Source: Candidatus Poribacteria bacterium (GTDB lineage: Bacteria; Poribacteria; WGA-4E; WGA-3G). Taken from it: DNA of 64,000 nt. The notes under the pieces are model-generated. The model saw only the letters and a program-made list of their open reading frames with translations. It was not told the DNA's origin and searched no databases. The DNA lies in contig CAXXUA010000004.1 in the NCBI GenBank assembly GCA_963663765.2, positions 896,001 to 960,000 on the forward strand. Reading direction: 5' to 3'. Position numbers and translations under genes: made by a program. How positions within the stretch are numbered: position 1 is the first letter of the stretch; each line of letters starts with the position of its first letter. Of this stretch, positions 1-12,700 are shown one piece after another.

Positions 1-52
1 AGATATTTTATTCCGTTCCTTCCCTTATGATGTGAATCTCCTCTGATGTTAA

Positions 53-81
53 ATCATACCATATCCACGTACGCTTGTCAA
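53..81 (-). promoter_or_regulatory. sigma70-type promoter for a gene beyond the left window edge
   Basis: Minus strand TTGACA-N17-TATGAT with a TG extended -10. Confidence 0.6.
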
Positions 82-185
82 TTTCATTTTGTGGAACTGT
101 CTGAATCTCAGATTATCGCGAATGACGCGGCTTATTGTGTTTGGGATGTCAAGTTCTATTCTGAGAATGGACTTCTTCTGTGAGA

Positions 186-440
186 TTAATCGAATAGGTT
201 GAGTTGATCTGTCGTAAGTATAAACCGAAGTTTTTCATCTGCAGCTACTAACGCTTCCATTAGTTCTGGGATCTCTACCCATTTTAATTGCTTAGGTATG
301 GTGTTTTGTTGACATAATAACCAACTCAGGGCTAAACTAACATCAAATGCGTTTCTGGCTGGTGCGAATTTTGCTGGCGCATCCTTTTTTCGCTCATAAA
401 AGCGCGGTGCGGGAAGATATCGGGTAAATTGAATTGGTAT
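186..440 (-). CDS. 84-aa hypothetical ORF with ATA start, ending in QLNLFD (possible pseudogene or non-canonical start)
   Basis: GGAGGTG RBS just before ATA; open frame IPIQFTRYLPAPRFYERKKD…TTDQLNLFD*; in-frame TGA just upstream of the RBS; absent from the ORF track. Confidence 0.45.
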   Translation of the reverse strand: MPIQFTRYLPAPRFYERKKDAPAKFAPARNAFDVSLALSWLLCQQNTIPKQLKWVEIPELMEALVAADEKLRFILTTDQLNLFD

Positions 441-748
441 TACACCTCCATATCAGTGTCTTCCACAATCACAATCTCATCGGGGTTCCGGGTTATTATG
501 AGTATAGCAGAGAACAATTTCATTTTCAAGAAAACGTTGGGATGAGGGCGGGTGTTTAGAAAAGAGGTTGGTTTGTGTGTTCGGGTTTGTTGTTGTCAGA
601 ATTGCGGTGGACGCGGATGAACGCGGATTTTTGTTTGGCATTTCAAGGGGCTTTTCATAGGATTGGGATGTCCGCACAGCAGAGGACTAATCTGCATAAT
701 CCGTGTCCTCCGCGCAAATCCGCGATTCTGACAATTTTTGTTTTGCTG

Positions 749-1552
749 CTATGCCTGTGGGGACGTTAGCAGTGCGGCGATGTCATCTGGTATTTTGACG
801 TTATGTTTCTGCTCAAAGTCGGCAATGTCTTCGTAGTCTTTACCAAAGTTCTCAACGACGATGCTTTTTTGGAGTTCTGCAGCAGTTGTTAAGTCTTCTT
901 TGGCTTTTTCCCATTTCTGCAAGAGTATAAACGCCATACTGCGATTGTAGTATGGCTCTGCTAAATCAGTGGAGCGTTCTATCGCCGCGTTATAGTCGTT
1001 GATAGCGCGTTCGTAATCGCTATCTCTACGGTAAATGTTACCGCGATTGTTATAAGGGTGGACAAGGTCAGGTCTTAATTCTATTGCCTTGTTATAATCT
1101 TTGATGGCGCGATCAAACTCCTCTTTTTCATGGTAGACAATACCGCGGTTGTAATAGGCATAAGCAAAACTTGGATCAAGTTCTATTGCTTTGTTATAGT
1201 CTTTAATAGCAGTCTCTATCTCACCTCTGAGTTTATATACTATCCCACGATTATTGTATGCTTCTGGCAATTCTGGGTCAAGTCTTATGGCTATGTTGCA
1301 ATCTGCAAATGCGCGGTCATATTCGCCTTTCATGCGGTAAGCTGCGCCGCGATTGCTATATGCCTCAGCATAGTTTTCTTTGAATCGTATCGCCGTGTTA
1401 AGATCTTCAATGGCACGGTCAATTTCACCTTTATTGCCGTAAGCTATGCCTCTGTAGTTATAGCCTTGGGCAAAAGTGGGTCTTCGATCAATCGCTTTGT
1501 TAAAGCGTTCAATGGTTGTATCATAAGATGTTTGTTCTGTTTGTGTCTGCAT
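749..1552 (-). CDS. tetratricopeptide repeat protein
   Basis: About six 34-aa TPR repeats (AY.NRG..Y...GE...AI.D.N.AI.L.P); AAGGAG RBS. Confidence 0.9.
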   Translation of the reverse strand: MQTQTEQTSYDTTIERFNKAIDRRPTFAQGYNYRGIAYGNKGEIDRAIEDLNTAIRFKENYAEAYSNRGAAYRMKGEYDRAFADCNIAIRLDPELPEAYNNRGIVYKLRGEIETAIKDYNKAIELDPSFAYAYYNRGIVYHEKEEFDRAIKDYNKAIELRPDLVHPYNNRGNIYRRDSDYERAINDYNAAIERSTDLAEPYYNRSMAFILLQKWEKAKEDLTTAAELQKSIVVENFGKDYEDIADFEQKHNVKIPDDIAALLTSPQA

Positions 1553-1555
1553 GTT

Positions 1556-1740
1556 TTATGTCTCCTTTTCCTTACTGGATTGAGACGATTCAATTTGAAA
1601 GACATCTTCCTTCGGCTGCGTTTTGCTTTTGTAAACTTCTATGCTTTCTTTCAGATGGATGTCTTGGTTTCTAATATACCCATGAAGGTCGTTGTAAACT
1701 GTTTGGATTGAGATACCATGATGTTTTTGCAGATGGTCTA
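1556..1740 (-). pseudogene. truncated upstream part of the TPR gene, resembling the C-terminus of an FRG-domain protein
   Basis: LDHLQKHHGISIQTVYNDLHGYI; same frame as 749..1552, separated by one TAA; 5' end cut by IS630. Confidence 0.5.
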
Positions 1741-2896
1741 ATACCAAATTAACGCGTGTCGTATTGTTTTTCCATTTTGCAAATCCACTGAAAACCGACG
1801 TGTGCCTGCACTTTCTTTTTGTTTTCGGAAAACCATTGACACCTTTTTACCAATACTTCTTCAAGTGCTGATAGTGTTGTCCAAACTTTATTCACAACCA
1901 CCTCCCGCAACAGAGGCCATAGGCGTTCAGCAGGTTGAAGTTCCGGTGTATACGGCGGCAAATAAAATAACTCAATCCCTTGTGGGACTTCTAAACCTTT
2001 ACCCGTATGAAAACCCGCACGATCTAACAAGAGGATTATCTGTTTCTTGCCTTCCGGGTTTACATCACGAGCAAACTCTGCCAACGCAAGGTTCATGATT
2101 TCAACACTCACACTCGGCATCAGAAGCCAATAGGTCTCACCTGTCTGCGGACAGACAAAACCGAAACCATAGAGCCATTTATAGGCTGGACACACCGGGG
2201 CTACCGGTCTTTCACCTTGCTTCGCCCAGACACGCCGATGAACAGGTAATAAGCCTAAGCGCGTCTCGTCTTCTGCCCAAATCTCTACAGGTTTCTCCGG
2301 GTGCTGACTTTCAAGCGTAGCTACCCGATCCTTAAGTTTTTTTTAAATGTTTGCTGTGCTTCGGGGGTTGCAGCAGCCTGATGTTGTGGACGAGGCGTTT
2401 GTAAAGTCCAACCGAGACGCTTGAGATATTTCCAACCTGACACATTACTGACAGGACGCTGAAGGGTCTCAGATATCCACGCAGCTACCTTCGGACCTGT
2501 CCAAAGACCACCATCGGCAGGGGGGCTCAGAAAGCACAGCTTCAAGTGCTGCTTGCTGTTTCTCATCCAAAAAACGCTTGCCTTTATTGTTTTTCCGTTT
2601 ATCTTGTAGAGCTGTTTCCCCTTCAGCATTATAGCGTTTGAGCAACTTGCGAACCCAGTCCGGAGTGCATCCTACGATCTCAGCGACTTCGCGGGGTGTG
2701 CGTGGATGTGTCGTATCAGCAAGAAGCCAAATAATATGCCAATGCGTCCGTTCCCGAGTACATTTACATTCAAGATACCTTTGTCTAAGAACTTCTACTG
2801 GAAAGTGAGGGAGAACCTCATGTTTTCTTTTTCATCTGTTCACAATAGCATATTTTCAAAAAAATATAAACAAGAACTATTCCGTTAATACGGTAT
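1741..2896 (-). mobile_element. IS630-family insertion sequence (about 1156 bp)
   Basis: Terminal IRs ATACCAAATTAACG / CGTTAATACGGTAT (12/14 match); TA on both sides (1739-40, 2897-98); encodes HTH plus DDE transposase. Confidence 0.9.
1749..2835 (-). pseudogene. IS630 transposase with the family-typical slippery A-run and two extra homopolymer frameshifts
   Basis: HTH part (RTHWHIIWLL…WVRKLLKRYNAEG; GGLWTGPKV); A8 at TFKK; DDE motifs EDETR, LDRAGFH, PELQPAERLW; extra A near 2825 and extra C at 2520-2525. Confidence 0.8.
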
Positions 2897-2973
2897 TATC
2901 ACATTCACGTTAGGTTAAAACAACACGAGCTATAGCAAACATTAGTTTATGCTGTTTGCTTCGGTTCTGTTTG

Positions 2974-3714
2974 TCATTTCATATTTTCACCTGACCGTAT
3001 ATGTCTTAATGCCTCATCTAAAACTGTTCTGTTGCTATATTGTGATATAAGTTTCTCTGCCTTGGCTTTGTCTGAGGACCTTTTTATCTTATCAACTAAT
3101 AACGGTAATGCACGTACGACATTATCAACAATGGTGATGCTTGCTTGTTGGGCAGTTCTTGACATAGGGTTCAAGTCAACTGTCACGACGTCTTTTCCTA
3201 TTTTGCGTAGTGCTTGACACCGATCCCCATCTTCAAGCGGAACAAACACGACATCTGCTTTGAATATTCCCTCTGGATGAACAAACTTTCGGTTGGAGTC
3301 AATATAGTCAAGTTGTGCTTCTGTGGAAGGAAGGAGGACTTCTTTTGCCCCGTACTTTAATAGATGGTCTTTGATTTTCTGTTCGCGTCCTGTTTCCGTG
3401 TGGAAAATGTTTATCTCTAATGGAGCATTTAGCACTTGTCCTAACGCAATAAGGTCTTCTGGCACCAATGCTGCTACATTTCCATTTACAGAAATAACCG
3501 GATGTTCTGCTAAGCAAAGCATTGCAGCTGCTGCTTGTATAGCAGTAATTGCAAAGTGTTGTGTTTTCTCGTCTATAAGGTAGTCAAAAGCCTCGCCACG
3601 ACCATGTGCGATGAGGCCGTGGATAGAGGTAATACCTTGTTCTAAGCCGTGAACAATTCTATCGCGCATGGTGAGTGATAGATAGCGGGGATGCGTTCTT
3701 GGAACATCACTCAA
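2974..3714 (-). CDS. archaeal-type 4-phosphopantoate--beta-alanine ligase (phosphopantothenate synthetase)
   Basis: HPRY.SL, GLIAHGRGEAFDYLI, PVISVNGN, ADVVFVPLEDGDR and DLNPMSRTA motifs (COG1701 family). Confidence 0.88.
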   Translation of the reverse strand: MSDVPRTHPRYLSLTMRDRIVHGLEQGITSIHGLIAHGRGEAFDYLIDEKTQHFAITAIQAAAAMLCLAEHPVISVNGNVAALVPEDLIALGQVLNAPLEINIFHTETGREQKIKDHLLKYGAKEVLLPSTEAQLDYIDSNRKFVHPEGIFKADVVFVPLEDGDRCQALRKIGKDVVTVDLNPMSRTAQQASITIVDNVVRALPLLVDKIKRSSDKAKAEKLISQYSNRTVLDEALRHIRSGENMK

Positions 3715-3752
3715 TGTGCATTATCCCTATTGTAGAATACCATTTGAATGCT

Positions 3753-6700
3753 CTACTCAGGTTCGGAGATAGTCAAGTCGTCATAAGGTTTTCCATCCTT
3801 GTCAGTAATACGTAGATAGAATCCCCAGAATCCCGTTTGCTCACATACTTTGACAAGTATGGTGTTTTTTCCGGCGTTGAGTTTTACAGGAATCGTATTA
3901 TTATCCATAACTGCAGCTTGCGCAGAATTATTTGTGTATACCTGTTTTCCGTTTACCCACACTTTTGATTGGTCATCTCCATCATATTTGAATTGGACGT
4001 CACGTTCATCAGGTGAAGACACAGTAGCATAGGCATAAGCGACACCCCAATTGATATCTTCTCCGAGACTAACGTAACCGTTCAGTAAATCATCATCACA
4101 TTTTTTCCAACTGACCTTTCCATTAAGTCCCTTATATGTTGCTTTCAAGTCAATTTCTGTTGTATTTTCTGGGATGTATGAAGTTGTGTATCCAATTCCA
4201 CCGTTGTTATCAAATGGACCAAGGATTAACCATTGATGTTCTGTAATGAAACCAGTTGATTTAATAACATCTTTCGCCTGTTTCGGCTTGTCATTTGTCA
4301 GATAGAATTCCGCCAGCATCAACTTTAGTGTCATTGGAACAGTAATATCGTTAGTTTCTATTTCAATTAGCTTCTTCAACAACTCCTCAAAACCGTCCTT
4401 CTGTTCAGTGTTCTTACCGAACTGTGCGATCCATGCAAACATATCACGTTGGTTATCCCTATGTGTAACCATGATTATGCTCTTTTTGAATTGTCCATAA
4501 GCCTTGTCGAATTCTTCATTGACTAAGTATGCTCTTCCGAGTGTCAATAAGTATGTATAACTTGAACTTGATGTGTTTTGTGCTGCTTGTTGGGCAAACT
4601 TCAATGCAGTTTCAGGAAATAGGTTATTAGTCAGAAGTTCATCAGCAAACATGCGAAAATCAGCAGGTTCCCCTGACTTACTTACTTGTTCTTCTCGAAT
4701 TTTTATCCAATCTGCATAAGCAAGATCTGCGTTTTCAGAATCCCCAAGTTTCTTGTAGGTGTTCCCAATAAGTTCGTGTAATTTCGCGCTCCATGCCATT
4801 TTGGGTTTTAGTTCTTCAAGTACAGGGATCAAGTTTTTCTCTAGTCCTTTGTCAGTATAAAGATTAGCAATGTCCTGAATGACGATGTTCTGATCGGACT
4901 GTGAAATCGGAGCATCTAATGCACGTTGATAGACGGACTCTACCTTAAAGGGATCATCAGCTTTTATATAGATTTGTGCTAAGAGTCTATACATTTCATA
5001 ATTGTCTGGTTTGATTAAGATCGCTTTTTCATAGGCAGCGGCAGCTTTTTCCATTTGTTCTGCGCCGGGTGGTGCAAAGATCGGACGTGCATAGGTAGTA
5101 AGTTTGGAAGTTCCCATCAATTTTCCATCGTTACTATTGGGTGATACATCTGAGATACTTTCATCAGACATTTCGTCAAAACTCCAGTAACTGACTAAAC
5201 CGGGTTCATTTCCATTTAGTTTATTATCCATGCATGATTGTATCTGTTCAGGTGTCAAGGGGATATTCCATATACTTACCTCATCAATCAGTCCCGTAAA
5301 AGTTGCATGGGTTTCCCTGATATCTTCATGAGAACTACCAATCCTGAGTGGAAGTGTACTTTCGTGAACACTCTCTTCCCCTTTATAATCTTTCTGTCCA
5401 ACTTCAGACCCATTAATATAGAGTTTAATAGAATCATTTTGAGAATCAATAACACCAGTAATGTGGTGCCATTCGTTAAGCATGATCGAACCAGAGGGAG
5501 AATACACAAAACTTTGTTGCTTACCTTTTGGTGATGAAGATAGCTGAATTGCACCGTCGTTACGTAACCATAAATTATAACTGCGGTTACTAACGTCTGA
5601 ATTTCGATTATCACCTTTAAAGATGATCGGTTGATATCTCTTTGGATAATTGGTTGGTTTAATCCAAGCAGTCATCGTAATTTGCTTGTTTATGTTGTTT
5701 AAGGTTTCACTGTCCCCTACCTCAAAGTAGCTATCTTTGCCATCCAATTCCAGAGCTGTATTTTGAACTTCACCGGTCTTGATGCGTTGATTCTGATATA
5801 AGTCACCAATGGTTCTTTGCCATTTCGGTTTATCTGGTTGAAGTTCGCTTAGTTTTTCGTATTGTGCTACGGCTTTCTCAAGATTGTCTGTATATTCATA
5901 ACTCTTTGCAAGGACAACGTATGCATCTGGGTCATCAGGATTTTCTTGTACATTTTTCTCTTGTTCAGGTATCTTCTTTTCATATAGATTGCCTTGCAAA
6001 TTTGCTTGATGTAATGCGGTTTCCGCAGTTTTTCGTTGAGAATCATTTCTTGCGATTTTCACCAAATTTTGATAGGCATTAGCAGCTTTTTCGTATTGCA
6101 GAGTTGCGATATAACTTTGTCCAAGAAGTTTTAACAAAACCTCATTCACGGAACCGGCAGTTAAATTCTTATTATTATTATTATTGGTTATGGTTTCAAC
6201 AAGATCAATTGTCGGTTCAAACAAACCGTTATCATGACAGATTGTAGCAAGTGAGCCAACAAACCAAGTATCGTTTTTCCTGCTATTGTTTGCAAGTGCG
6301 GTCTTACCTTTTTCTATCATCGTTTTTGCGTCTTCTGTCTGTTCATTCTTATGATAGGCGATTGCAGCACGGTAAAACCCCCTAACGTTACTTGGTTGAA
6401 CTTCACACAATGCTTGATAAGCTTCAGCGGTTTTTACATAGTCGTTGGCTTTACGATAGATCTCTGCGATCATTTCAAGGAAAACCACATTTTTTGGATC
6501 TTTCTCAAGTTTTTCTTCAAAAATGTTTCTTAAACTATCAAGTTTGCTCTCTTGGTTGAATGCATTTATGAGCGTGTTTCGTGCATCATCCCCACCAAAC
6601 TTGACAGTTACCCCAGAAGAACTATAACTGATTGACATGCCAGTATATGAGTATTGTCCAAGCGTTTCATAGACTTCAATTGCAGAGTCAATTTTGTCCT

Positions 6701-9700
6701 GTTTAACATATAATTTTAGCATTTCATTAGAGATGTTTTGTCTTTCATACCTGTCACTTGTCATATTTCTTGCTCTCTTGTATGATGCGACAGCTTCATC
6801 TAATTTATTCTCTTTTTTGTAGTGACTTGCCAATTCTTTTTGTAGTTCTAAAGTGATAGTTCCGTTTTCTTCAGCTGCCGTTAGTTTCTCTTCTAAAGTG
6901 CCTTGCTGTTTATATAGTGAAATTAAATCCCTTTCAATATTACGACGTCCATAGGGATCTGCTGTGTATTGGATAGCGTTGATATAAGCGTTTTCTGCTT
7001 GATCTAATTCATCATCTTGAAGATAGAGTTTTGCTAACTGCTGATGAACTTGTGCATTACCGGGCATGAGTTCAACTGCTTTATTATATGAAGTAATTGC
7101 TTCTTGGTTCTTGTTATCACCTGAATAGAGTCTTGCGATTCGCATGTAATGTGCACCGACATCTGGTTCCTGATCAATGAAGCTTTGAGCAAGTTCAAAG
7201 GCAGTATTGAGATTACCCGCGTTCTTGTAACTCGTTACGAGTCCGTCTTTGTACATCGTGTTCACAGGGTCAGCTTCAAGCAATGCTTTCCATATTTCAG
7301 TTGCTTTATCATGTTCGTTTTGTCGTGTATATAGCGATGCAAGTTGTTTGCGTGATTCAAAGTCTTCAGGCATAATCTTGTAGATATTTTCGTAGATTTC
7401 AATTGCTTTCTTTACTTCATTGTTACGAGTATATTGTTGTGCTAATGCGCGTTGCAAGCCAACATTCATACTTTTTATATCTTCGGAGGACTCCTCAGTT
7501 TCAGTCTTTCCGTCACGTTTCTGCTTTATCGTTAACAGTTGTTCTCTTGCGCGGTCGCGATAATAACGGTCTACAGAAAGGTCATTCAGAAGTTCAGTAA
7601 AGAGGACTTCTGCTTCATCCCACATCTTATGTTGCATGTATATGCGTGCGACACTATCTTTCTCCCAATAGTATTGCCGTGTTAAACGTAATGCACCCAT
7701 TTTTCGGAATGCATCAAGTGCTTTCTCTTCTTCTTTTTCTTTCTTATAGGCATTACCGAGTTTCTGATAGACTGAAGCAATCTGAGATGAATGTTGTGTG
7801 GTATTCCTGGTTAATGATTCCTCCAGAAGTTTGATCTCACGTTTGCTGTCTTTTGCACCTCGGAATGCGTCTGCTAAACTGGTAATCCATTCAGTTCTAA
7901 CCGAATCCATATCAAGGAGTTGTTGTGTGAGTTGGTCCGCACCTTCAAGGTCTTTTGCCATGATTTTCATTCTTGCAAGTAGGTATATGAGGATAGGTTT
8001 CTCTGGGTTCTCAGAAAGTTCGGTTGTATATTCAGTGATTAAACCGTCTATTTCGTCTGAGCCTTTGTAGATTTCAACAATTTTTGCAACCATCTGTTGT
8101 TGATACGGGACAGCCAAAGTTTCTAAGTTGTCACGAACAAATTTGATTGCTTTGTCACGTTCATTTGCTGCAAGGTATGCTGATGCAAGTGACGAATATA
8201 AGTATCCATAATCTGGTTGTTCTTTAATTAGTAATTCATAAAGTTCAATAGACGCTTTCGGGTTGTTTCTACGGAGACACTCTTGTGCGACGTTGCGTGC
8301 AAAGTTGCTTGCGTAACTTTGTCCAATAGCAGGGATAACAGAATCCTTGACCATAGAAACGAGTATATCAACTTTCCCCGCAGAGAAAAAGAGATCTGTT
8401 ACCTCCCAGTAGTTATTACCAAGTATATTAGGGTCTGCCTTGATCAGTGCGGTATATTCGGTTACAGCATCAACTGAGTTTCCATTTTTTTGTAACATTT
8501 GTGCATAACGGTGTCGGGTCATGCTATCTTTGGGTCTTAGTTCCAGCGCTGCTTTGAATGCATCTGATGCCTTTTTTACCTGACTGATACTTTCATAGTA
8601 GTTAGCTAATTTAATCTGTGAACGGAATGATTTTGGATTTTTACTTACAGCTTCAAGCAAAATCGCTTCCCGGTTATTTTTATTTTTTGATTGATGTGCT
8701 ATGGTTGTGGCTTGTTGTAAATTATAAGAACCCATAGTTCTACCGTATTGGTCGCGTTGATGTGCGAATCTTAGGGCGCGCTCTGCAAGGATTGCAGCGT
8801 CCTGTCCGCGTCCGAGTCTTTGAAGGTGTTGACTTAGCTGCACAAGGAAATTCGGGTCGCGTTCTCGCATGGATAAAGTCATCGCTTTTTTCGCAACAGC
8901 TACAGCAAATTGCGTGAGACCCGCTTCTTGTAGTTTTAACGAGAATTGATAGATATCCCGCGCACCGCTTGGTGAATTCAGTATACTTGTCATCATTTTT
9001 CGCACAGCAGCAGTATTACCGTGATGCAGTGCAATTTGTAACATGAGATCATAATACTGTCGACGGTTTTTCGGATCAGCTTCAGCAAGGTCTTCAAGTA
9101 AAGGTATGGATGCGGTATGTTGACCTGTTTGGATACTAATGAATACTGTAATGAGTTTGATGGTAAGGTCGGTAGGAAATTCCTTCTGCAAGTTTGTTAT
9201 TATTTCCTGTGCTTTCTCACGTTGTCCATCCCACCAATAACAGTAACTCATCGCTAAGCTTGGAAAGATTCGGTCTGTATCTTCTGCAGCTTCTAACACT
9301 GACCGCAATTTTGCGTAGAGCAAATCATTTTGATTTACTATCCAAAGACGATTGAAGGTTTCTTGAAGATAACTTAGCCGATTTTGATTGAAATATTTTG
9401 TTGATGTAGGAAATCTTGCTTGAACTGGGGAATAACCGCCATAAGAGAGGGATGATGTTGCAAGTGGTGCAACATTCCTTGCATGAGATGTTTTCGGTTT
9501 GGTATCCTCAAGAAGTTTCCAAGAAAGATCAAGTGCTTTATCAATTTTTCCATCACGATAATAAACAGTTGTTAACGTTTGGTATATTTGTTGATACTGC
9601 CACCAAGATGTTTTTGGTGGATAAGTTAGATCTGCAATAACTTTTTCTGCTTCATCAATTTTACCTGATTGAACCAGTGCATTTACATAAGTGTAGGTTG

Positions 9701-12700
9701 TGTTAATTGATGTAAACTTGATATTTTTAATATCGGTGAAAAACTTCTCTGCTTCAGCTTTTTTGCCTTCTTGATAGAGTTTGGTTACGTAACTAATTAT
9801 ATACCAAAGTCTTGCTTCTTCAGATAATCCATCTATATTGTTTAAGTATTTTTCAAAAGTCTCAGTATCCAAACCTTTCTGTATTTCTCTACTTAAACGT
9901 ATAGCTTTATATGTAATGTCGTTAGGAGAGGCATCAATTAACCGATTTGTAATGTCTTCAGATTTATCCGTATCCTCTAATAGAACATAGATTTGTGCTA
10001 ACTTTTCCAATGTCTGGATGTCTCTTGGATTATTAGCGACCTCTGCTTCCAATTTGTCAATCAATTCATTTTGTTTACCATTCTGTTGTAAGAAAGTCAC
10101 GATCTGGACGACTGCAGCAGACTGTGCTTGATCGTAGTCTCTTGGTGACCATTGTCGCCCCCTACTATTTGATGAAGATGAATTCTGTATCGTACTAACA
10201 AGGTTTTTTGCTGCATTGAACTTGTAGATGTCAATATTAGGTGGTCCAATCCTGTTAGCAGTATTGCTGGCTGATGCTTTATTGGCATCCGTCTCATCGG
10301 GTTTGGGCATTTCCAATATTCGTTGAAAATGTGGTAATGCACGTTCAGATTCATTCAATCGAACAAACATTGCACCGAGTTGATATAGGGGTTGATATGC
10401 ATCGGGACCAGTTATTTTTTCTGCAGCACGATCCAAAATTAGAAGTGCTTCATCCACGAGACCGTGTCGTATCAACAGTGTTGCAAGTTTAATTTCAGCT
10501 TCCAGAGTCTGATTTTTTGCATGTAATAACTTTGTCCATGATTGAATTGCTTCCTGTTCTCGTCCAGCATCAAACAACAACTCACCAAGTCTTCGTTGAT
10601 GTGCTGTATCAGGATCAGATTTTACCAGTTTTTCTTGGTAGGAAAGAGCGTCTTGATTATCACCAAGGTCCAAACTGATGTTGACGAGTTCTGATAGTAG
10701 TTCTGGATTATCGGGTTTCTTGTCTAAAGCGCGTGCCAACTGAAAACGAGCTTTGCTAAGGTCATCTTGCATGCGATATAGTTCTGCTAAAGCGATAACA
10801 GGTGCCACACTTGATGGACTGGTTTTCGCCATCAGTTTCAATTTATCCTCAAGTTCAGTACGTTGTCCTAAATTGTAATATGTCTCTGACAGAGGTTTTA
10901 TGAAAATGAGCTTGTCACTTACAGAAGTACTTAGTTCCCAACATCTCCAGTATTGTGCGATTGCTTGTCTCGGTTTTCCTGCAAGTTTATAAGTTCCTGC
11001 AAGTTCACTACGGATGTCAGTTGCTTCAGGACGCAATCGTATTGCTTTCTTTAGGCTATCAATTGCTTCGTCAAAATTTCCGGAGACTTTTGCTATTTCT
11101 GCGATGAGTTGATGTCCATCAGGATTGCGCGGACTGTGTGCAACGACTTTCTTAGCAAATTCTGTTGCTTCTTCAAAATCCATCACATTCAGGTAAGAAC
11201 GTGCAATGTTAGCGTAATATTCTCGTGCATTTGCGTTGTCTACATCAATAAGGCGAGTAAAGATGGTGTTAGCATCATCCCGTCTACCTTGCTGTTCGTA
11301 TATTTTTGCAAGCCATCGGTTTATGATGACATCATCTGGTTTGAGTTCCTTTGCTTTTAATAGCACTTCTAAAGCATAGGTTATATTTCCTAACTTCAGA
11401 TACATTTTCGCAAGTCGTTTCTGATGGTCAAAGACCGTTTCAGACGGTAGATTTGACGCTTTGAGTTCGGCTTCTGCTTCTTCAATTTTCTCTACAAGCG
11501 TACCTTGTCGCCGAAAAAGTTCAATTCGTTGATCATTCATCTTTTCAGCAAAAAACTCGTTTGGCGCGAGTTTCGCAGCTTCAGTGAATTCAACCAATGC
11601 ATCGTCAAACTTACTATTCGCCATGAGACGTTTTGCTAACGCTTCGTGATAGCGATATTCTTCAGGTTTCAACTCCACAGCTTTACGACTTGCAGCTAAT
11701 GCTTCTGTTTTATATGCTTTGGTATCAAGAAGTCTTGCTAAACGGTCGTAATTTTCAGCAACGTTTTTTGCACCCGCAACCATACGATTCCAAGTTTCAA
11801 TTGCTTTCTCACGGTTCCCTTGTCGGAAATAGAACTCACCGAAATACTCTATATAGTCAAGATTGTTTGGAGTTATGGAGAGTGCTTTTTCATATTGTGC
11901 AGCAGCATCTTCCATCCATTCATGGCCGGTATATATTTCTGCAAGGATAAGATGTGTTCCTGCATTATTGGGTGCACGGTCAATCATCCGTTGATATGTT
12001 GTTCGTGCTTTTTCTTCGTCATCTAAATGTAAGTACAACTCGCCAAGTTCCCTGTATACACCGAAATTGTCTGGGTCTTGTTGACTGATGGCTTCATATT
12101 CCTCAGCAGCGCCAGCGTATTTTTCTGCATTACGAAGTGCAGATATAAGATTTAAGCGTAGGTTAGTGTCTGTTGGTGCGAGTTCAACGCCTTTACGATA
12201 TGTTTTTATACCTTCTTCCTGCTGTTGGTCTTCAATATATGCGGCAGCAAGGAGTCCAAGTAACTCCGGTTCGTTTGGTGTCTCTTCAAGTTTTACCTGA
12301 TAGTATTCAATCAATCCTTTCCAATTGCTGTCCGCTGCATAAATTCCAATAATACGATGTTGTAGGTCTTTCCGCAACCAATTACCGGGAGCAGTCAATG
12401 ATAATGCTTCATCGTAACTTTCTATAGCATTTTGATATTCTGTTTTCGCTTCATAGATGTTACCGATTTCTCTACGACTCAGACATATACGGTATGGATC
12501 GTCTTTCTTTAGTTTTATAATTTCTTGATGTTGTTCAATTGCTTGTTCATATAGTTCTTGCTCGCGGAATAGGTCTGCAAGTTCTATTCGTGCAAAGATG
12601 TCATTTGGATCTAATTCAGATATTTTTTGCCATGCTTTTACCGCTTCATCTATTTTGTCTCGTCTGAAATATGCATGTCCAAGCGACTTATATATTTCAG

